From Mustelus asterias (lineage: Eukaryota), in contig NC_135818.1 in NCBI RefSeq assembly GCF_964213995.1, positions 53,258,001 to 53,322,000 on the forward strand: a DNA stretch of 64,000 nt, given 5' to 3'. Positions 25,310 through 37,099 of the stretch are shown in pieces (position 1 is the stretch's first letter; every line of letters starts with the position of its first letter). Both the position numbers and the translations under genes were made by a program. The notes under the pieces are model-generated. The model did not search any database and was not told where the DNA came from. It saw only the letters and a list, made by a program, of their open reading frames with translations.

Positions 25310-27490
25310 CTCAAATTCAATACGAGTTTGTCCCGGCTGTTGTCTTGCATTTCAAAATTCCTGCCTGTATGTCTCAGGACCTCGTACACACTGAGGATAG
25401 CTTTCTTTACTACATCGTAATCTGCAGATACTTCTTCCAACAATGATGCATACACCTCACTAGCTCTACCTTCCAACCTACTTTGTAAAAGTAATGTCCA
25501 AATACCTTGAGGCAATTTCATCTGTTTAGTTACCTTTTCAAAAGAAATAAAGAATGTTTCCACATACTTTTCCTCAAATTTTGGAAGAGCTTTTACATAT
25601 TTAAATATTTCCCCACTAAGGTCTTGTCAACCTGCTCTAATGTCCCTGGTCTAACTGCCCGCATTTTAAATTGAAATTCACCTCTTTCTCCTTTTCTCTT
25701 TCTGCCATTGCTAATTTCTCCATTTCCAATTTTGGTTGAAAAGCTCACCCTCTTCCCTTTCTTTTTCCTGCATCTCTAGTTCAAGTTTTTTCATTTCTAT
25801 TTTTCTGACTTCTTCATTTCTAATTGCAATTGAATTTTAGCTAAATCAATTTCCTCACTTTTTGTAGAACTTGGTCCATCAGCAACCCTTGCAATTTTAA
25901 ATGTTTTGCTATACTTTCAATAATCTCAGTTTTCCTTACCCCTGCAGGTAATCCCAACTCCAATTTATCTGCCTATCCAGTTAATTGACTTGGTTATTTT
26001 TTGTAAACCAATTTGAGTTACATCTTCCATCTTTAGGAAAGTCTTAGCAATTTCCAATGCCATTTTGGATTCTAACCTGCACAATATATCTCATAATAAC
26101 TGCAATTCTTTTTTCAGAGCCTCCATTTACTCTTCAAGGATTCATAGATCCTACCATTTACTAATAAATCACAGACCAAATTTTACTATGCAGCAGTAAC
26201 TTGCTTTCTACTTTTTAAAAATTCCCAACAAATTATTACTAATCAGCATCCAATAACCCTTTCTCCACATTTTGAAATCCTGCAAAAGCCCCCAGTTTAG
26301 TTAGGATCTCAGTTGATTTTACAATTGTACAGGAAGATCCTAAAATGGAACCCTGGCTCAAAAGACCATAACTTTTATTTTTCTTTTACCAAACATGGAG
26401 GAACAGAGTCACAGGACTGCTTATTAGTATTAACAACAATAAATGAAAATGAAATATGAATTATAATACAATACTCCTTTACTCCTCCTTTAGCTTAACA
26501 ATTAAACACAGGCTTTAAGATTAATACAGATGACAAAGTACATTTGAAGCTACAATTGTCTAATTAGCACACAAAATTAGTGTTTGTGGATTCCTCCTCA
26601 GAATCTCTCCCTGATGATTGCCAAATGAGCGTGCCTAAACTCTACTCCCAATATATGCTTTAAAATCTTCTCTTGTGGCAATATATTCACTTAGCAGTTC
26701 ACATTTCAAAATACAGTCCACTTTTTCCAAAGGACCCTTTTGACCAGAGCTTCCATCCACTATGAGCAGTTACTCTGCACCAGGATTTTGGACCAACCCC
26801 TTTGGTTTTCTCTGCCTTGACTGGCTTTTATTGTTTCAAAGGACCACAGCCGCTTTAACTTTCAACTCCCAGATTCTTATCAGAATTACTTCAAACATAA
26901 CAGTTACCTCTGAAGATGTACTCCCCAATTTAAATCTAGTTAAATGTAACTGTCTCTTTAACTCAGAGCATTTGGTTCCCTCTTCCTTGAATTGTTCTGA
27001 ACCATATCTTAGTCTCTGGTCACTTAGGTTTTCTAAAATCTTCTTTCTGTCACAGTTCCCTGAGGGTCTGGACTGTCCCCAGTCCCTCTGGAGCTGGCTG
27101 TCTTGCATTTTACTCCATTATGCAGCTAATCCAGCTTCGAGCAGAGCTGGGAGCTGCCTTCTCACTCCCTTCCAGCCTCCAACTATCTGCAACTGCTGTT
27201 GGCTTTCAGCTAAAAAACTAAAGAACAAAGAAAGCTGTTTGCTTTACTTTACAGTTGCTAGTTGCTAAGCAACTATATTTCTCCACAATGTAGCTTTCTA
27301 AACACAATAGTGTCCCAGCTGGAATTGAAACTAACCCCCACACAGGCACATTTTTGTTCAGTGTGAAATGTAACTACACTCCTTTCCAGGCACAGAAACA
27401 TTAAATTAAACCTATCTAAAACTATACCTTATTTCTAATATTTACCCATACAAATAAAAATCTCTTAAAACTCCCTCTGATTTCCTAGCA
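25310..27490 (-). mobile_element. Truncated Gypsy (Gmr1-like) LTR retrotransposon: 5' LTR 27490-26299, tRNA-Pro PBS 26294-26277, decayed gag ~26060-25310
   Basis: LTR ends TGCTAGGA...TCCTAAC; PBS TGGGGGCTTTTGCAGGAT; gag FEKV..QM..P..IWTLLLQSRLEGRA.EVYASL.....DYDVVKKAIL..YE. Confidence 0.75.
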
Positions 27491-27911
27491 TTTCAAAGAG
27501 CATTTGTTAACCATATTTGATGAGTCACATGGATGCCAGGCAGGTGAAGCTGGCAGATTCTCTTCTATGATGGATGCTGAGTGAACCTGTTTCATTTTTT
27601 GAGAACTTGAGAGCTTTTATTAATTGCATATTAATTGTGTTTAATTGTATGCAGGTGATGGGCATTAACTGGGATTCATTTGTGCTCCTATAAATAGGAA
27701 TAGATTTAAAGTGCGGTGGCTAGGAGGTACATGTTTATAAATGTATCTCTGTAAAATAAAATTCAGCTTTCTGGAATAGAAACATTTTGATTGCACCCAA
27801 CTGGTGCTACCTCAATGAACAGATTGTACTGAACTCAGCTTCACAATTTTCTATGATGGGAATCAAACTTACTATTTCCAGGTTGTTAGTCTGGTCGTAC
27901 AATAAATACAA

Positions 27912-28230
27912 TCATAGAATCATAGAATCCCTACTGTGCAGGAGGCGGCCATTCAGCCCATCGAACCTGCACCAACAACAATCCCACCCAGGCCCTATCC
28001 ACCCGTAACCCCATGTATTTACCCTGTTAATCCCCCTGATACTAAGGGGCAATTTAGCACGGCCAATCAAACTAACCCGCACATCTTTGGAGTGTGGGAG
28101 GAAACCAGAGCACCTGGAGGAAACCCACACAGACATGGGGAGAACGTGCAAACTCCACACAGACGGAATTGAACCCGGGTCCTAGGCGCTGTGAGGCAAC
28201 AGTACTAACCACTGTGCCACCGTGCCGCCC
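27912..28230 (-). mobile_element. V-SINE (HE1-like)
   Basis: Full-length copy. Confidence 0.88.
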
Positions 28231-28539
28231 ATATATAATATATAATAGTACCATATATTAAAATTATGCAGGTATAGAGTTTTTAAATGTAGTATATATG
28301 CTGCCAAACTAATAGGATTTTTCTTCTTCTCCAACAATTGTGTTTACTGACAATCAGAATCTCTCATATAATAAAAAGGCTCAATACATACTGAAAGAGC
28401 TAAGTTTATGTCACTGCTATAAGTTTATCAAGAAATTGTTTGCAATCAATTCCCAAAACTGTAGATAGTCAGTATTTAATAATGTGCAGGAATATTATGA
28501 TGTCCTTCTGTATATGTGAAGAAGTCATTTAATACTTGC

Positions 28540-28669
28540 CCACTGCCGAGGGAGTGTCCCCATAAACACACACGGCTTCTCCTACTCCGAGCTCTGGTCC
28601 ACTCAAAAAGGTACAAAGAATCTGTGGTAATTCCTGCTTCACTAGGTTCACCAGTAGAATCTGCCCATC
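28540..28669 (-). CDS. ABHD12B: ABHD12-family exon 7 (GWADSTGEPSEAGITTDSLYLFEWTRARSRRSRVCLWGHSLGSG; nucleophile GHSLG)
   Basis: cag| acceptor, 130 bp, ending at a GC donor (|gcaagt); GXSXG lipase motif. Confidence 0.92.
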
Positions 28670-28907
28670 CTGATGCAGATTAAATCAATAGATTATTTTC
28701 TAGTAATGCTTTAAACAGTGTAATGCTGTCTTTACATATACAAAAATATTTTTTCATGCTGCTGTCCTTTATCACAAAGCTTTTGACAAGATTAAGCCTG
28801 CTCAGGATGGTATTGTTATAGCATATGATAAGTCACTACTGTAGTTAAATTCTGTATGCTTAAATGAGAGAGAAATCTTTCAAATCAATAAGAATTTTCA
28901 TTCTTAC

Positions 28908-28953
28908 CTCTATAGTCTAGAGCTAATACGTGGAACCCATGTGCACTCAGCAT
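28908..28953 (-). CDS. ABHD12B: ABHD12-family exon 6 (MLSAHGFHVLALDYR)
   Basis: tag|...|gtaaga, 46 bp; G.HV...DYRG motif. Confidence 0.92.
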
Positions 28954-30568
28954 CTACGGAAGAAGGAATCTTGTGGGTCTTCACTCAACCATAAACCCAA
29001 AATAATTTACAAATTAGATCTATTCATAACCATTTATCACATTGCATTTCATCATATTTGGTAGTTCCCATATTATTGTATGCACCTTAGTTGAAATGAT
29101 CCTATGTTGGAACTCTCTAAATACACTGTTAATGTTATTCTTCCATCAATCCACCAATGGGTATGCGCTAACAGAAAGAGAAAGGATTGCTTGGCACAGT
29201 TTTATTTCTTCTGCCCAAGGATTACTCTACACATCAAACACAAAAAATGTAGACTAAAATTCAATCCAAGACCATCCAACAACTTGCATTTATGAAGTGC
29301 TATTAATGTCAAAATAAAGTACTACAGTGTTTCACAGACACATAGACAAAAATTGATGCAAAGCCAAAAAATGAAATGTCACAAAGGATTACCAAAAACC
29401 TTGGTCAAGGAGGTAACGCTAAGGAGGGCATTAAATAGAAGCAGATGGAGGAGCTTCTGTAAAGAATTCCAGGGGATTGGGCCTTGGCAGCTGAGGGTAT
29501 GGCTGCAAATGACTCAATGAAGGGAGAGATTATGCCCAAGAGCTCATAGTGGGGAGTGCTAAAGAAACTGTGTGGCAGGAATAGGATGGTAAGGTTTAAG
29601 CACGAGGATGAAAATGGGAAGAGAGACAATGGAAGATGTGGAATTAACAATCACAGTGGGAATAGGTGAGCGGGATGTGATGTATCAATACAAGATTCAG
29701 TAGAGGACAAAAAATCTTTTATTTATTTATATAAAATATTAAATTTGCAGACACAAATAACAAATAAGGTTTTTGCAAGAACATTACAAGGGCTATGGCT
29801 GGATGGAAGTTTGATTAGATGGGTAAGTGGAAAGCAGCAGGGGCAGTTGAATGGATGGTCTCAATCTTCTTTGCAAGTCATCGCTGAGCTCCAAGCATTT
29901 GCTGGAGATATGAATAGAGAAGAGGTGAAGGGGTTTAAAATGATTTATAGTGAATAACATAAACCAATGTTATTTTTAATCTCCAAGATGATCCTGTAAT
30001 AGTGAGAAATTTTCACAGAAGAGACCGAGGTGTGATAGTGCTTGATGTGAACCAGCTAAATCTGGTGATGGATGACCAAGTCAATTGTACATCAGATATC
30101 ATCAGCCTGCATGCCTTGGATTTGAGGGAGCAAAAAAGGGTACCACACTTGGGAAAGGAACAGAATGGAATAGTGTAAAGTTTTTAATGAAGATAAATGA
30201 ATAAAAGATGGAGGTGAGGGAGCAGTTGAATAGACAGATAGCTACAAGTTATTGCATTGAGTGCAAAGCCAAAGGCGAGGCAATTCAGACAAGTACAGTT
30301 GTAAGTTACCTGAATCATGAAGACTCTCTCTTTCTAGCATTGCAACTATTAGGTTAAACAAACTCTTGTTAAATATTCTCAATAAATATCTCAACATTTT
30401 ATGTAATATGAACAGACCTACAAAACACTAGTTTTTAGCAATATATATTAAACTTTTAACAAGACAACTGTAAAGGTTAAAAGTATGCATTACATGGGAA
30501 AAAAAAATTTCTAGAGTTGATACAGAGCCTAAGAAAATATGCACTGATGAAAGCAAAATATTTTTTAC

Positions 30569-30599
30569 CTTTATCAGTTCAACTCTGTGTCCTACAGCT
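30569..30599 (-). CDS. ABHD12B: ABHD12-family exon 5 (AVGHRVELIK)
   Basis: tttag|...|gtaaaa, 31 bp; HRVEL.K motif. Confidence 0.9.
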
Positions 30600-30738
30600 C
30601 TAAATTTAATCAGCAAAATGTTTAATTACTACACAAGAAATATAACTGAAAACACAAATATGAGAGTCTATGAAATACTTGTAAACATGATACAGGTGAT
30701 ACTTTAATTATCATTTCTGCTTTTAAAAATGGCATCAC

Positions 30739-30858
30739 CTACTGCCTCCATTCCCATGAAGATAAATTATTACTGGATTATCATCTCCCAATGCAGCTTC
30801 ATACCACTGTTGGTCCTTCCCACTAGCTTCCTGCCACCTCTTGTCTGGTATAGTAAAC
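30739..30858 (-). CDS. ABHD12B: ABHD12-family exon 4 (FTIPDKRWQEASGKDQQWYEAALGDDNPVIIYLHGNGGSR)
   Basis: ctag|...|gtgatg, 120 bp; GKD..WYE.AL and YLHGN motifs. Confidence 0.94.
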
Positions 30859-31229
30859 CTAGAAAAAGGAGAGCAATTCAAACTGAAGGAAAAACATCTA
30901 ATTCTGCTAAAAATCAAATATCAATTACATCAATTAATGTTTTCTGTTGGACATAACTATTTTCCTTCTCCATTCTCATGATTGATTCTTCCTAGACAAA
31001 GTTTTTAAAGGGATAATGTAAGATAGAATAACTGCATCATGCGCTTTCAATTAAACACAGCACTTTTAACACAGCAAAACAGCCAAAAGATCTCCACAAA
31101 GTTGGAAGAGCTCAGAGACCAGGCAGAAATTGAGGGAAGTGATCAAATGCATAGCCAAATAGGCATGGTTTGAGAAAACATTTGAAGGTGGGCACAGACG
31201 TAGCAAAGCAGAGGCGATTGAAAGGGGAA

Positions 31230-31630
31230 TGCTTCATACTTCATGCGTTTTACAGGAGGTCCCATTTCTGCTCGCTGATCGCCTTGCAGTCCATTGTGTG
31301 TGAACATGGCATATACTTCCGCAACACGGCCCATATTGCCTTTGTGATCCCACGTGCCAACTTATAAGGTGAGTATAGCTCTAAATGTGTATTTGTGGGC
31401 TGCAAAATTAAGGCTGACACCTAATGTGAGTATATCTCCAAACATGCCTTTATTCGCTGAAAGATAGGGGGAGGGGGACAGGATGATTGACTCACACATC
31501 AAATATAGGCTTACATATACATTTTGGAGCCAAACAAATGGGGTCGTCTTATACACCAGGTTGACTTGTATGCCACAAGTTTGTGAAATCCATGTTGGTT
31601 GAACAGTAAAGTTCAAAGTCATCAGTATAC
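31230..31630 (-). mobile_element. Possible pogo/Tc2-type DNA transposon 5' fragment
   Basis: MGPPVKRMKYEA resembles a pogo transposase N-terminus; GTCTTATA-type subterminal motifs. Confidence 0.35.
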
Positions 31631-32391
31631 CAAAGGAACCTTACCCCATGTGTATGGATAACACAACCAAAAGCAACACAAGGACGAACAGGAGGGAGTC
31701 AAGGATGGAACCATGAAGAAAAGCCATTATAGACACCTGGACTACACTAGGATTAGGAGAGAAAGAAGGAATGGGAGAATGTATTTATATTGCACTTTTT
31801 ACAGCTCAGAATTTCCCAAGGTGCTTTACAGCCAATGACATCCTTTTGAAATGTAGTCATTGTTGTAAGGTTGGAAATGTGGCAGCAGATTTACACACAC
31901 CATGGTGAAATAAATACCAGATCATCTGGTTTTAGATGTTGCTCGAGAGAGAGGGAAGTGTTTTTTTTAATAAATCCTACAAGATGAAATCAGTTGCAAC
32001 TTGATTTCAGTTGTGGTTCATTAAGAAAGCAGCTTTTGTTTCATTAGATTTCCAATGGACGCTAAAGATTGCAAAGCGAGGAAGATTAAAAAGTTATCTT
32101 TGGCAACATTCTTCCCTAAACCAACAGCATCAAAATCAGATTAATAGATCATTCTTCTCAATGCCTCTTGGACCATCCTAAGTGAAAACATCTGCCACAT
32201 TCGCTTATGTAACAACCATCCGTACATTTTAAAGTAAACATATTTCTAAGAACAACGAATTAAGTGCTATACAAATGCAATTTTTTGTGCAATTTAAACA
32301 ATATTCCATGGTTTAAAGACAAGGTGATTTTGTTCGACAAGTACGCAGATCTATTAGATTTTTCTGAGAGACTTCAGTATTGGAAACTTAC

Positions 32392-32494
32392 CAAACCCCT
32401 ACTGTAATTCCTTCTTCAGGAGTGATATATAAATTTAGAGTGTGATTGAGTAAATAGTTTGCAGGCTCTTTAAAATCAATAAATGGCCGTCGCA
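32392..32494 (-). CDS. ABHD12B: ABHD12-family exon 3 ([35 protein letters not shown])
   Basis: ttacag|...|gtaagt, 103 bp; LNHT.N.Y..PEE..T.GVW motif with NHT sequon. Confidence 0.92.
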
Positions 32495-33269
32495 CTGTAA
32501 TAGAAAAAAATTAAATCTCAATGATAACGTAGAATTTTGTATATACCACTTTCTTTAATAATTCCATAGCCAACTTTATAAATAAGGAACATTGATATTT
32601 TCCTCATCACTAGCGTACAATGGTGGGCTAAATTGATATTCTGAATTTTTCGTTTAATTACCTTCATGAATTATAATCCTGAAAGTGGATAAAGCTGTAT
32701 AAACAGGTAAAATCTGTGACAGAATAGATGGTGCATGGTCTGTGGAAGTAAGTTACTTGGTGGATCTAATTACCTTTTTTCATTCAATGTTTTTAAAATG
32801 TCATGGAACAGGATTGGATAGTACGATAGGTCGTTTTTACTCCTGAGACCTGGATTCATAAATAAACCAAATTGTTCTAATACACATTCTAGGAAGCTGT
32901 ATGGTTTCAGGCTTTCTAAAATGAAAAGCAATTTCAACCCTGTTTCTTTATCACTTGGGGCTGACATGGACAAACAGGAAAATTCACACTGAGACTGAGT
33001 TCAGGATAGGTTGCTGGGCAAAGCAAAAGTGGTTTTACTCTGTTTCCCTCTCCACTGATGCTGCCAGACGGAATAGAATTTCAGGTCAATGATCTTTCTC
33101 GGAACTTTCATAACTCTGTGATTTCTCGCTTCACAGATACAGCCAGACATGCTAAGTATGTCCATTATATTTTATTTCAGATATCCAGGATCCCCAGTAT
33201 TTTGTTTCTTTTTGGTTACTCTGCACCTGGAATGTAGAATCCCTGACCTGGGGTGTTACACATTAACCT

Positions 33270-34150
33270 GTGCCCCTTATCCCATCTTCATGATTCAATC
33301 CACTGGTGTTCTCTCTTGTTGGTGATGGTCATTGCCTGGCATTTATCTGGCTGAATATTACTTGCCATTTATTCGCCAAACCCGACTCTTATCCAGGTCT
33401 TGCTGCACAAGGACACAGACTGCCTCAATGTCTGAGAAGTTGTGAATAGTGAAGAACATTACGCAATCATCAACAAACAACCCCATTTCTGAACGTATGA
33501 TGGAGGAAAGGTCATTGATGAAACAACTGAAAATGGCTGGGTTCTGCCGGGTCACTCAGCTCCTAACCTCATTACAACCTTCGTCCAAACATGGACAGAA
33601 GAGCTGGATTCAAGAGGTGAGGCGAGGGTGAATACCTTTGACCAGGTGTGGCATCCAGAAGCACGAGCAAAATTGAAGTCAGTTGAAATCAGCAGAAAGC
33701 TCTCCGTTGGTTGGAGTCATACCTGGCACAAAAAATGATAATTGTGGTAGCTGGGAGATTAATCATTTCAGTCCCACTGTATCACTGCAGGAGTTCCTCG
33801 CAGTAGTCCCAAGCATTTTCAGCTGTTCCAATTCCCCTGGAGATACAATGGTACTACATTGCTGAATCCCCCACCATTAATATCCTGGGGGTTATGAATG
33901 ATCAGAAACTGAACTAGACTTAGCCATATAAATACTGTGGCTACAAGAGATGAATGGCTGGGAATTCTGTGGCAGGTAATTCACATCCTGACTCCCCAGA
34001 GCCTGTCAGTTATCTACAAAGCACAAGTTAGAAGTGTGATGGAATATTCTCTATTTGCCTGGATCAGTGCAGATCGAACCTTGCCTGGAAGGATAAGGGG
34101 AGCACATGCATGGGAACACCACCATCTTTTTAAGCCATACACCATCCTAT
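33270..34150. mobile_element. LINE family 'B' fragments in inverted configuration (33270-33530 minus, 33535-34150 plus)
   Basis: FSCFINDL...GLFVDD on the minus strand; YKAQVRSVMEYS on the plus strand. Confidence 0.7.
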
Positions 34151-34238
34151 TTGCTTTGATTGTAGCTCTACAGTGATTTTTTACGCCAAGTACACCAAGG
34201 GCAGCACAGTGACAGAGTGGTTAGGACTGCTGCCTCAT

Positions 34239-36009
34239 AAAAAGTGGGGACAAAAGTGGGGAATTATGCTTAGAGCCCAAAGAAGTAGGGGAGATCCTAA
34301 ATGAATACTTTGCGTCCGTATTCACAAAGGAGAGGGATGTGATGACTGGGAGTGTCTCGGAGGGGACTGTTGACCCGTTAGAGAAAATCTCCATTACAAG
34401 GGAGGAAGTGTTAGGTTTTTTAGGGAATATAAAGACTGACAAATCCCCAGGGCCTGATGGAATCTATCCAAGGCTGCTCAGGGAGACGAGAGATGAAATC
34501 GCTGGGCCTCTGACGCAAATCTTTGTCTCGTCACTGGACACAGGTGAGATCCCAGAGGATTGGAGGATAGCTAATGTGGTCCCGTTATTTAAGAAGGGTA
34601 GGAAGGATAACCCGAGAAATTATAGGCCGGTGAGCTTGACGTCCGTGGTAGGGAAGTTGTTGGAGAGGATTCTTAGAGATAGGATGTATGCGCATTTAGA
34701 AAGGAATAAACTCATTAACGATAGTCAGGATGGTTTTGTGAGAGGGAGGTCATGCCTCACTAACCTGGTGGAGTTTTTTGAAGAAGTGACTAGAATGGTT
34801 GACGAGGGAAGGGCCGTGGATGTCGCCTATATGGACTTTAGTAAAGCATTTGACAAAGTCCCTCATGGTAGGTTGGTGCAAAAGGTTGGATCCCATGGGA
34901 TAAAGGGGGAGGTGGCTAGATGGGTGGAGAACTGGCTTGGTCACAGAAGACAGAGGGTGGTAGTGGAAGGGTCTTTTTCCGGCTGGATGCCTGTGACCAG
35001 TGGTGTTCCGCAGGGCTCTGTATTGGGACCTCTGCTGTTTGTGATTTATATAAACAATCTGGAAGAAGGTGTAACTGGGGTGATCAGTAAGTTTGCGGAC
35101 GACACCAAAATGGCTGGACTTGCAGATAGTGAGGAACATTGTCAGAGGCTACAGAAGGATATAGATAGGCTGGAAATTTGGGCAAAGAAATGGCAGATGG
35201 AGTTCAATCCAGATAAATGCGAAGTGATGCATTTTGGTAGAACTATCGTAGGGGGGAGCTATACGATAAATGGCAGAACCATAAAGGGTGTAGATACGCA
35301 GAGGGACCTGGGTGTGCAAGTCCACAGATCCTTGAAGGTGACGTCACAGGTGGAGAAGGTAGTGAATAAGGCATATGGCATGCTTGCCTTTATAGGATGG
35401 GGCATAGAGTATAAAAGTTGGGGTCTGATGTTGCAGTTGTATAGAACGTTGGTTCGGCCGCATTTGGAATACTGCATCCAGTTCTGGTCGCCACACTACC
35501 AGAAGGACGTGGAGGTTTTAGAGAGAGTGCAGAGGAGGTTTACCCGGATGTTGCCTGGTATGGAAGGGCTTAGTTATGAGGAGAGATTGGGTAAACTGGG
35601 GTTGTTCTCACTGGAAAGACGGAAGATGAGGGTATAAAGGTGTATAAAATTATGAAAGGCATAGATAGGGTGAACGGTGGGAAGCTTTTTCCCAGATCGG
35701 TGGTGACGTTCACGAGGGGTCATAGGTTCAAGGTGAGGGTGGTGGGGTGGGGGGGGGGAGGTTTTACACGTATATCAGAAGGACGTATTTTACACAGAGG
35801 GTGGTGGGGGCCTGGAATGCGCTGCCGGGCAAGGTGGTGGAGGCGGACACACTGGGAACATTTAAGACTTATCTAGATAGCCACATGAACGGAGTGGGAA
35901 TGGAGGGATACAAAAGAGTGGTCTAGTTTGGACCAGGGAGCGGCGCGGGCTTGGAGGGCCGAAGGGCCTGTTCCTGTGCTGTATTGTTCTTTGTTCTTTT
36001 GTTCTTTGT
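34239..36009 (+). mobile_element. Young 5'-truncated CR1 LINE with an open reverse transcriptase frame (34339-35637), inserted in a V-SINE
   Basis: 432-aa ORF with KSPGPDG, NYRPVSLTS, DFSKAFD, GVPQGSVLGP and FADD; (TTGTTCT)n tail. SINE head at 34199-34238, SINE body resumes at 36010-36290. Confidence 0.93.
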
Positions 36010-36971
36010 ATAGCGCCACGGACCCAGCCTTGAGTGACTATCTGTGTGGAGTTTGCACATTCTCCCCACGTCTGCATGGGTTTCCTCCCACAATCCAACA
36101 ATGTGCTGGTTAGATGATTGGCCATGTTAAATTGCCCCTTAGTGTCGCAAGGTGTGTAGGCTGGGAGGATGAACGGGATAAATGCATGGGGCTACGGGAT
36201 AGAGCGGGGGTTGGGCCTGAGTATGATGCTCAGAGAGTGGGTGCAAACTCGATGGGCCAAATGGCCCCCTTCTGCAGCGTAGGGATTCTATTATTCTAAC
36301 TGATGAGACTACTAATCCCCTAGATCTTCAGCTTCACCCTTAGTTATTTCTATATTATTCATGCGAGAATCAGCCATGCAGCTCTTTGAGTCGGATACAC
36401 TATTCAATTAGATCATGACAAACTTGTAACATCATACCATTTATCAGTATTAGGTCCACATCCCTTAACCAACAGAAATCTGTCGACCTTAGTTTCGAGA
36501 GCTCCAACTGTCCTGAGCACCCATTGCCTTTTGTGGAGAGAATTCCCAATTTCTACCAACTTGTGTGAAACTTTTATATACGACACTTCCAAGTATTAAT
36601 TAGCTCTCTCATAATAATGCACCTCAAAATGATTACCCAGCTCCAGAACAAATACTACCCATTATCATAAATAAATTTATTTTCAGCCCTTTAAATCTGA
36701 TCTAATTTTCCTGTCCTTGCTGAACTACTCCGCCTCCCACTTCCCCAAGTATTAAAGAATCTCATCCTCATGTTTAAATCCCATTATGGCCACTGGAACC
36801 CCCTCCAGTCCCTTCCATTCTTCACCTGGGGACATTTTGCTACACCACAGGGCACTATGTAAATACAGGTTTTGTATCAATGCATTCAGGAAAGGGACTG
36901 GAAAAACTAAATAGTGTGCTTAATTAATATTGTAAAAGAGTTACTACATATTTATAAAATTTTCTACTTAC

Positions 36972-37099
36972 AAAAATTAAGGTAAATAACTTTTGTCACT
37001 ACAATAGGACACATTTTGAAGGCGAACGGTATGGTCACGTAAATAATGACGAGCGTTAAAACAATCAACTTCAGTTCAGAGCCATGATTTCGGATTATC
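36972..37099 (-). CDS. ABHD12B: ABHD12-family exon 2 with transmembrane anchor (IIRNHGSELKLIVLTLVIIYVTIPFAFKMCPIVVTKVIYLNF)
   Basis: aacag|...|gtaagt, 128 bp; matches ABHD12 Y..IPF..K.CP....K.I.LNF. Confidence 0.9.

Noticed and set aside
26762-27268. 168-aa ORF
   Set aside because: Lies antisense within an LTR; no recognisable domain or splice structure.
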